Of a stretch of DNA of 64,000 nucleotides, positions 60,637 through 64,000 are shown piece after piece. The first letter of the stretch is position 1. Each line of letters opens with the position of its first letter. The stretch spans positions 19,119 to 83,118 of the forward strand of contig CAZTMA010000002.1 of assembly GCA_964614645.1 (NCBI GenBank), read 5' to 3'. A program made the translations under genes and the position numbers. Origin of the DNA: an uncultured Anaerolineales bacterium (GTDB taxonomy: Bacteria > Chloroflexota > Anaerolineae > CG2-30-64-16). The notes under the pieces are model-generated. The model worked only from the letters and a program-made list of their open reading frames with translations. It was not told the DNA's origin and did no database searches.

Positions 60637-62030
60637 CGTTCGTCCTCGCGCGCCGCGGGCGCGACGAGCGCCAGCTCCACCGCCTCGCGCAGCGTCCGTG
60701 CGCCGAGCACCTCCAGCCCGTCCGGCGGGCGCTCCAGCTTGCGCGCGGCGGTCTGCGGCACGAGCACCCGCGTGAAGCCGAGCTTCGCAGCCTCGTTGAG
60801 CCGCCGCGGGAGCTGACCGACACTGCGCAGCTCGCCACTGAGCCCGATCTCGCCGACGAGTGCAAGGTCCGCCGCAACGGGCCGGTTGCGCGCAGAGGAG
60901 GCGATGGCGATTGCCACGGCCAGATCCGCAGCCGGCTCGTCGATCTGCAGGCCGCCGACCACATTCACAAAGACGTCCTGGTCGGCCAGCGAGACGCGGG
61001 CGCGCTTGCTCAGCACCGCGGTAATCAGCAGCAGGCGGTTGAAGTCGATACCGTTGGCCGTGCGCCGGGGCTGCGCAAACGCGGTCGCGCTGGTGAGCGC
61101 CTGCACCTCGACCAGGATGGGCCGCGTCCCTTCCATCGTGACCGCGATGGCGGAGCCGGGCGCATTCGGGATGCGTTCGGCCAGGAACGCCTCGGATGGG
61201 TTGCGCACCTCCACCATGCCCCGCTCGGCCATCTCGAAGACGCCGACCTCGTTCGTGGAGCCGAAGCGGTTCTTGACGGAGCGCAGCAGCCGGAAGGAAT
61301 GGAACCGCTCGCCTTCGAGATAGAGCACCGTGTCCACCATGTGCTCCAGCACGCGCGGGCCGGCAATGGCCCCTTCCTTCGTGACATGGCCGACGAGGAA
61401 CAGCGGGAAGCCGTTCGCCTTGGCGAGGCGCAGCAGGTGGGAGGAGCAGTCGCGCACCTGTGTGACGCTGCCTGCGCCGGAGGAGATGGCGTCGGAGTAG
61501 ATGCTCTGCACGGAATCCACCACGACCATGCGCGGCGCGCTGTTCTCGATATGCGCGGCGATGGTCTCGAGGTGCGTCTCGGCCAGCACGAGGATGTCGC
61601 GCGCGACGATGCCCAGCCGCTCGGCGCGCAGCTTGATCTGCGCGGCGGACTCCTCTCCGGAGACGTAGAGGATCGGCCCCTGGCCGCCGCTCAGCGCGTG
61701 GCACATCTGGATGAGGAGAGTGGACTTGCCGACGCCGGGATCGCCGCTGATGAGCACGACGGACCCCGGCACGATGCCGCCGCCGAGCACGCGGCTCAAC
61801 TCGCTGATCGGCACGGCGATGCGCTCGTAGCCGTCCGCGGGGATGTCGGGCAGGGCCTGCGGGCCGGCGCTGGGCGCCAGCGCGACGCTGGCCGGCCGGC
61901 CGGGCGCGGGCTCCTGCACGGTCATCTCGACCAGCGTGTTCCACTCGCTGCAATCCGGGCAGCGGCCCATCCACTTGCTCTGCGCGCTGCCGCAGCTCTG
62001 GCAGACGTACCGGGTCTTCGACTTCGCCAT
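60633..62030 (-). CDS. radA: DNA repair protein RadA/Sms
   Basis: Zn-finger YVCQSCGSAQSKWMGRCPDCSEWNT. Walker A GDPGVGKSTL. KNRFG motif. Lon-like C-terminal domain. Confidence 0.95.
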   Translation of the reverse strand: MAKSKTRYVCQSCGSAQSKWMGRCPDCSEWNTLVEMTVQEPAPGRPASVALAPSAGPQALPDIPADGYERIAVPISELSRVLGGGIVPGSVVLISGDPGVGKSTLLIQMCHALSGGQGPILYVSGEESAAQIKLRAERLGIVARDILVLAETHLETIAAHIENSAPRMVVVDSVQSIYSDAISSGAGSVTQVRDCSSHLLRLAKANGFPLFLVGHVTKEGAIAGPRVLEHMVDTVLYLEGERFHSFRLLRSVKNRFGSTNEVGVFEMAERGMVEVRNPSEAFLAERIPNAPGSAIAVTMEGTRPILVEVQALTSATAFAQPRRTANGIDFNRLLLITAVLSKRARVSLADQDVFVNVVGGLQIDEPAADLAVAIAIASSARNRPVAADLALVGEIGLSGELRSVGQLPRRLNEAAKLGFTRVLVPQTAARKLERPPDGLEVLGARTLREAVELALVAPAAREDER

Positions 62031-62059
62031 AGGTGCCTCGATTCGCTCAGATGTTCGGT

Positions 62060-62088
62060 AGTATACGCCGGACGGTGCCGCAAGTCAA
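62060..62088 (-). promoter_or_regulatory. Consensus-like sigma70 promoter for radA
   Basis: Minus strand reads TTGACT-N17-TATACT, about 30 nt upstream of the start. Confidence 0.5.
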
Positions 62089-62355
62089 AGAGACTCCGGG
62101 CAGCCAGGCAGCCCGGGCTGCCAGTACGCATCACGCCGGCGGCAAAGCCACGTTGCGGGATCGGAGGCGTTGCAATTTGCAACGTTGCAACAGATTGAGA
62201 ACGAGGGTTCCTGGCATGATATGATCTGAAGTACGGACCAACGCTGACATGTTTCCGATAAGCCGGTTCCTTTCGTCCACCTGCGATATGCTAGCACATT
62301 TGTGCTGGAAATGCAATACGTGATTTCGCGTATTGTGCGAAATCTCACAGCGCGC

Positions 62356-62384
62356 TTGCACGGCTCCGGGCGCGCCGTTACAAT
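62356..62384 (+). promoter_or_regulatory. Sigma70-like promoter for the SGNH hydrolase gene
   Basis: TTGCAC-N17-TACAAT, 22 nt upstream of ATG 62406 with AAGGAGGAAG in between. Confidence 0.5.
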
Positions 62385-62405
62385 AGCGCGGCCAAAGGAG
62401 GAAGC

Positions 62406-63056
62406 ATGAAGACCATTTTGTGTTACGGCGACTCGAATACCTGGGGCTATGCTCCAGCGACGGAAACCCGCTATCCCTACGCGGAACGCTGGACGACACG
62501 CCTGGCCGCGGAGCTGGGGCCGGAGTATGTGGTCATTGCGGAGGGTCTGAACGGGCGCACAACGCTCTGGCCCGATCCCGTCGAGGGCGAATATAAGAGC
62601 GGCAAGACCTACCTGCCCGCCTGCCTGGAGTCGCACCAGCCGCTGGACCTCGTGGTGCTGATGCTCGGCACGAACGACCTGAAGCACCGGTTCGGGCAGT
62701 CGGCGTGGGACATCGCGCGCTCCATCGAGACGCTCCTCCAGCTCATCGTCTACACCGTTAACTGGCCGGAGGCGCCGACGCCGAAGATCCTGCTCATCGC
62801 GCCGCCGCCGACGTGCGTCGCGGGCACGCACTTCGCAGAGATGTTCGCGGGCGCAGACGAAAAGTCGCTCCACCTGGGGAAGTATTACGAGGAGGTGGCC
62901 GAGGTGTACGGCTGCGCGTTCCTCAATGCGGGCGACGTCATCGTGTCCAGCCCCGTGGACGGCATCCACTTCGACGCGGATGAGCTGCCCAAGCTGGCGC
63001 ACGCGGTGGCCGAACGCGTGCGGGAGTTTTTGCCACAGAGGGCTCAGAGGACATAG
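62406..63056 (+). CDS. SGNH/GDSL-family hydrolase (arylesterase/lipase-like)
   Basis: MKTILCYGDSNTWGY (block I Ser). GLNGRTT, MLGTNDL and DGIHF (block V) motifs. Confidence 0.85.
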   Translation: MKTILCYGDSNTWGYAPATETRYPYAERWTTRLAAELGPEYVVIAEGLNGRTTLWPDPVEGEYKSGKTYLPACLESHQPLDLVVLMLGTNDLKHRFGQSAWDIARSIETLLQLIVYTVNWPEAPTPKILLIAPPPTCVAGTHFAEMFAGADEKSLHLGKYYEEVAEVYGCAFLNAGDVIVSSPVDGIHFDADELPKLAHAVAERVREFLPQRAQRT

Positions 63057-63111
63057 AGGGATAACGCCTATGACCACGGCGGCTTCTCTATTAGCTCGGC
63101 GTCCTCTGTGG

Positions 63112-63339
63112 CTAACCTGTGGCTGGATTTGGAGTATCTGGGGCCAACGTGTCTGTTGCCGGGCGGATGCGGCGGGTGTTCGTGACGAACCACATCCGCC
63201 CGGCAGCCGTGCGCACCCACACGCCGGGCGGCTGATGCGCGACCACCTGCCCGCGCTGCCACGCCGCTTCACCCTCGTGCTCGAACATGATCTCCACGGC
63301 ATCGCCGGGACGGTACTGCTCGGCTAACCGCTTTACCAT
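63112..63339 (-). CDS. 75-aa hypothetical protein
   Basis: MVKRLAEQYRPGDAVEIMFEHEGEAAWQRGQVV... Start overlaps the 3' end of the upstream gene by 7 nt. Confidence 0.4.
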   Translation of the reverse strand: MVKRLAEQYRPGDAVEIMFEHEGEAAWQRGQVVAHQPPGVWVRTAAGRMWFVTNTRRIRPATDTLAPDTPNPATG

Positions 63340-64000
63340 ACCAGCGCCAGGCAGGTGACGCCGCCGTTCGCCTTCGCAAACTCGGTCATCGGCACGGGCA
63401 GCACCTCGCAGCCGTGCGCGCGCAGCAACGCGGCCGTGCGCGGATAGCCGGCGGGCATCACGACCCTGTGGCCGGCCGCGAGCACATTGGCCGCATACGC
63501 CTCTTCCGCCGGCACGGTCAGCACGGTGAGATGGCTCAACTCAGGCGGCGGCGTCACGCCGTCCACGACCAGCAGCATGTCGGGGCCGGCGGGGGTCAGC
63601 GGTGTCAGCAGGTGCAGGAAGTCGCGGACGGGTGCGGCGTGCACCGGGCGGTCGACCCCATGCTCGTGCAGCGCGGCGGCTAACCGGTCGATCCCTGCCC
63701 GATTGGTGCGGCCGGAGAGGCCCACGACCACCCGATCCGGCAGGACCAGCACGTCGCCGCCCTCCAATGTGGCCGGGGCCGCGAGGCGGTGCGTGGGGAA
63801 GCGCGCGGCCAGCAGCCGGGCGACGGCTTCCTCTTCCCCGCGGCGGCTCTCCGCGCCCATGCGGCCGACCACGGCCACGCCGTCGATGACGACGGCCGGG
63901 TCCTGCATAAAGCAGCTATCGGGAAAATCCTCGTCTGCGGGCAGCCGCTCGACGGTCAGGCCGGCTGCGGCCAGCGCCTGGCAGTATTCATGATGCTGTG
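63333..64000 (-). CDS. Amidinotransferase-fold enzyme (dimethylarginine dimethylaminohydrolase-like), 5' end beyond the window
   Basis: Frame open to base 64000. ...FMQDPAVVIDG...LEGGDVLVL...VVVGLSGRTN...; C-terminal nucleophile motif NGGVTCLALVW. Confidence 0.7.
   Translation of the reverse strand, partial: QHHEYCQALAAAGLTVERLPADEDFPDSCFMQDPAVVIDGVAVVGRMGAESRRGEEEAVARLLAARFPTHRLAAPATLEGGDVLVLPDRVVVGLSGRTNRAGIDRLAAALHEHGVDRPVHAAPVRDFLHLLTPLTPAGPDMLLVVDGVTPPPELSHLTVLTVPAEEAYAANVLAAGHRVVMPAGYPRTAALLRAHGCEVLPVPMTEFAKANGGVTCLALVW

Noticed and set aside
60637-61974. The N-terminal two-thirds of the 911-aa ORF 59239-61974 (-), which would make a giant sulfatase fusion.
   Set aside because: This part is the alternative frame of radA and is low-complexity Arg/Gly/Ala. 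The sulfatase homology begins exactly at the ATG at 60636, which overlaps the radA stop.
62169-62191. A possible LexA/SOS box upstream of radA.
   Set aside because: The TTGCAA repeats do not match the GAAC-N4-GTTC type motif known for Gram-positive and Chloroflexi-type LexA, or the CTGT-N8-ACAG type. They also lie about 80-100 bp upstream of the predicted radA -35 element.

Overview
GC-rich bacterial chromosomal window, about two-thirds G+C by eye. It is densely coding, with roughly 60 CDS and frequent ATGA or short start/stop overlaps. RBSs are GGAGG-type, and several near-consensus TTGACA-N17-TAnAnT promoters are visible. Gene content (lamin-tail-domain secreted protein, DUF1786, UPF0173, fused nuoCD, many GT4 genes) suggests a Chloroflexota-like organism; this is a low-confidence inference. 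No rRNA, tRNA, CRISPR array, transposase or integrase was seen.

Main blocks:
- 1-10.2 kb: ABC-transporter-type glycan assembly cluster. It has a Wzt-like ATPase with an extra C-terminal domain, a GT-C membrane enzyme and four GT4 enzymes. One GT4 is fused through a coiled coil to a SAM methyltransferase.
- 10.3-15.5 kb: LTD secreted protein, SulP-STAS-rhodanese transporter, glpX, LysE.
- 15.5-21.4 kb, minus strand: lpd, lipA, DUF1786, two flavin reductases, M20 amidohydrolase.
- 21.6-28 kb, minus strand: redox/Fe-S block with an MBL hydrolase, DUF1858 protein, CxxC mini-protein, FAD oxidoreductase, Mrp and a membrane HdrD-like protein.
- 28.0-28.6 kb: low-GC BrnT/BrnA toxin-antitoxin insertion.
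- 28.6-32.7 kb: orphan nuoB-nuoCD-nuoI module. NuoI carries a fourfold-repeat C-terminal extension.
- 32.9-39.6 kb: unusual sugar-activation operon, followed by zwf. It encodes a divergent GalU-like protein, a 1117-aa GHMP-kinase-like plus UDP-sugar-pyrophosphorylase-like fusion, and a P-loop NTPase.
- 40-43 kb: PspC/toastrack envelope-stress cluster.
- 43-53 kb: UbiA prenyltransferase, then a long minus-strand array of sugar/glycerophosphodiester ABC transporter, GlpQ, RadC, two GT4 genes and a Rieske oxygenase.
- 53-64 kb: ssb, a TPP-riboswitch-controlled thiamine salvage/uptake operon, radA translationally coupled to a sulfatase, an SGNH hydrolase and a DDAH-like amidinotransferase.

The best candidates for something undescribed are the kinase/pyrophosphorylase fusion operon and the GT-coiled-coil-methyltransferase glycan terminator logic. 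Smaller oddities include the repeat-extended NuoI and a dispersed palindromic element. All functional calls rest on motif recognition by eye. No database search was run.
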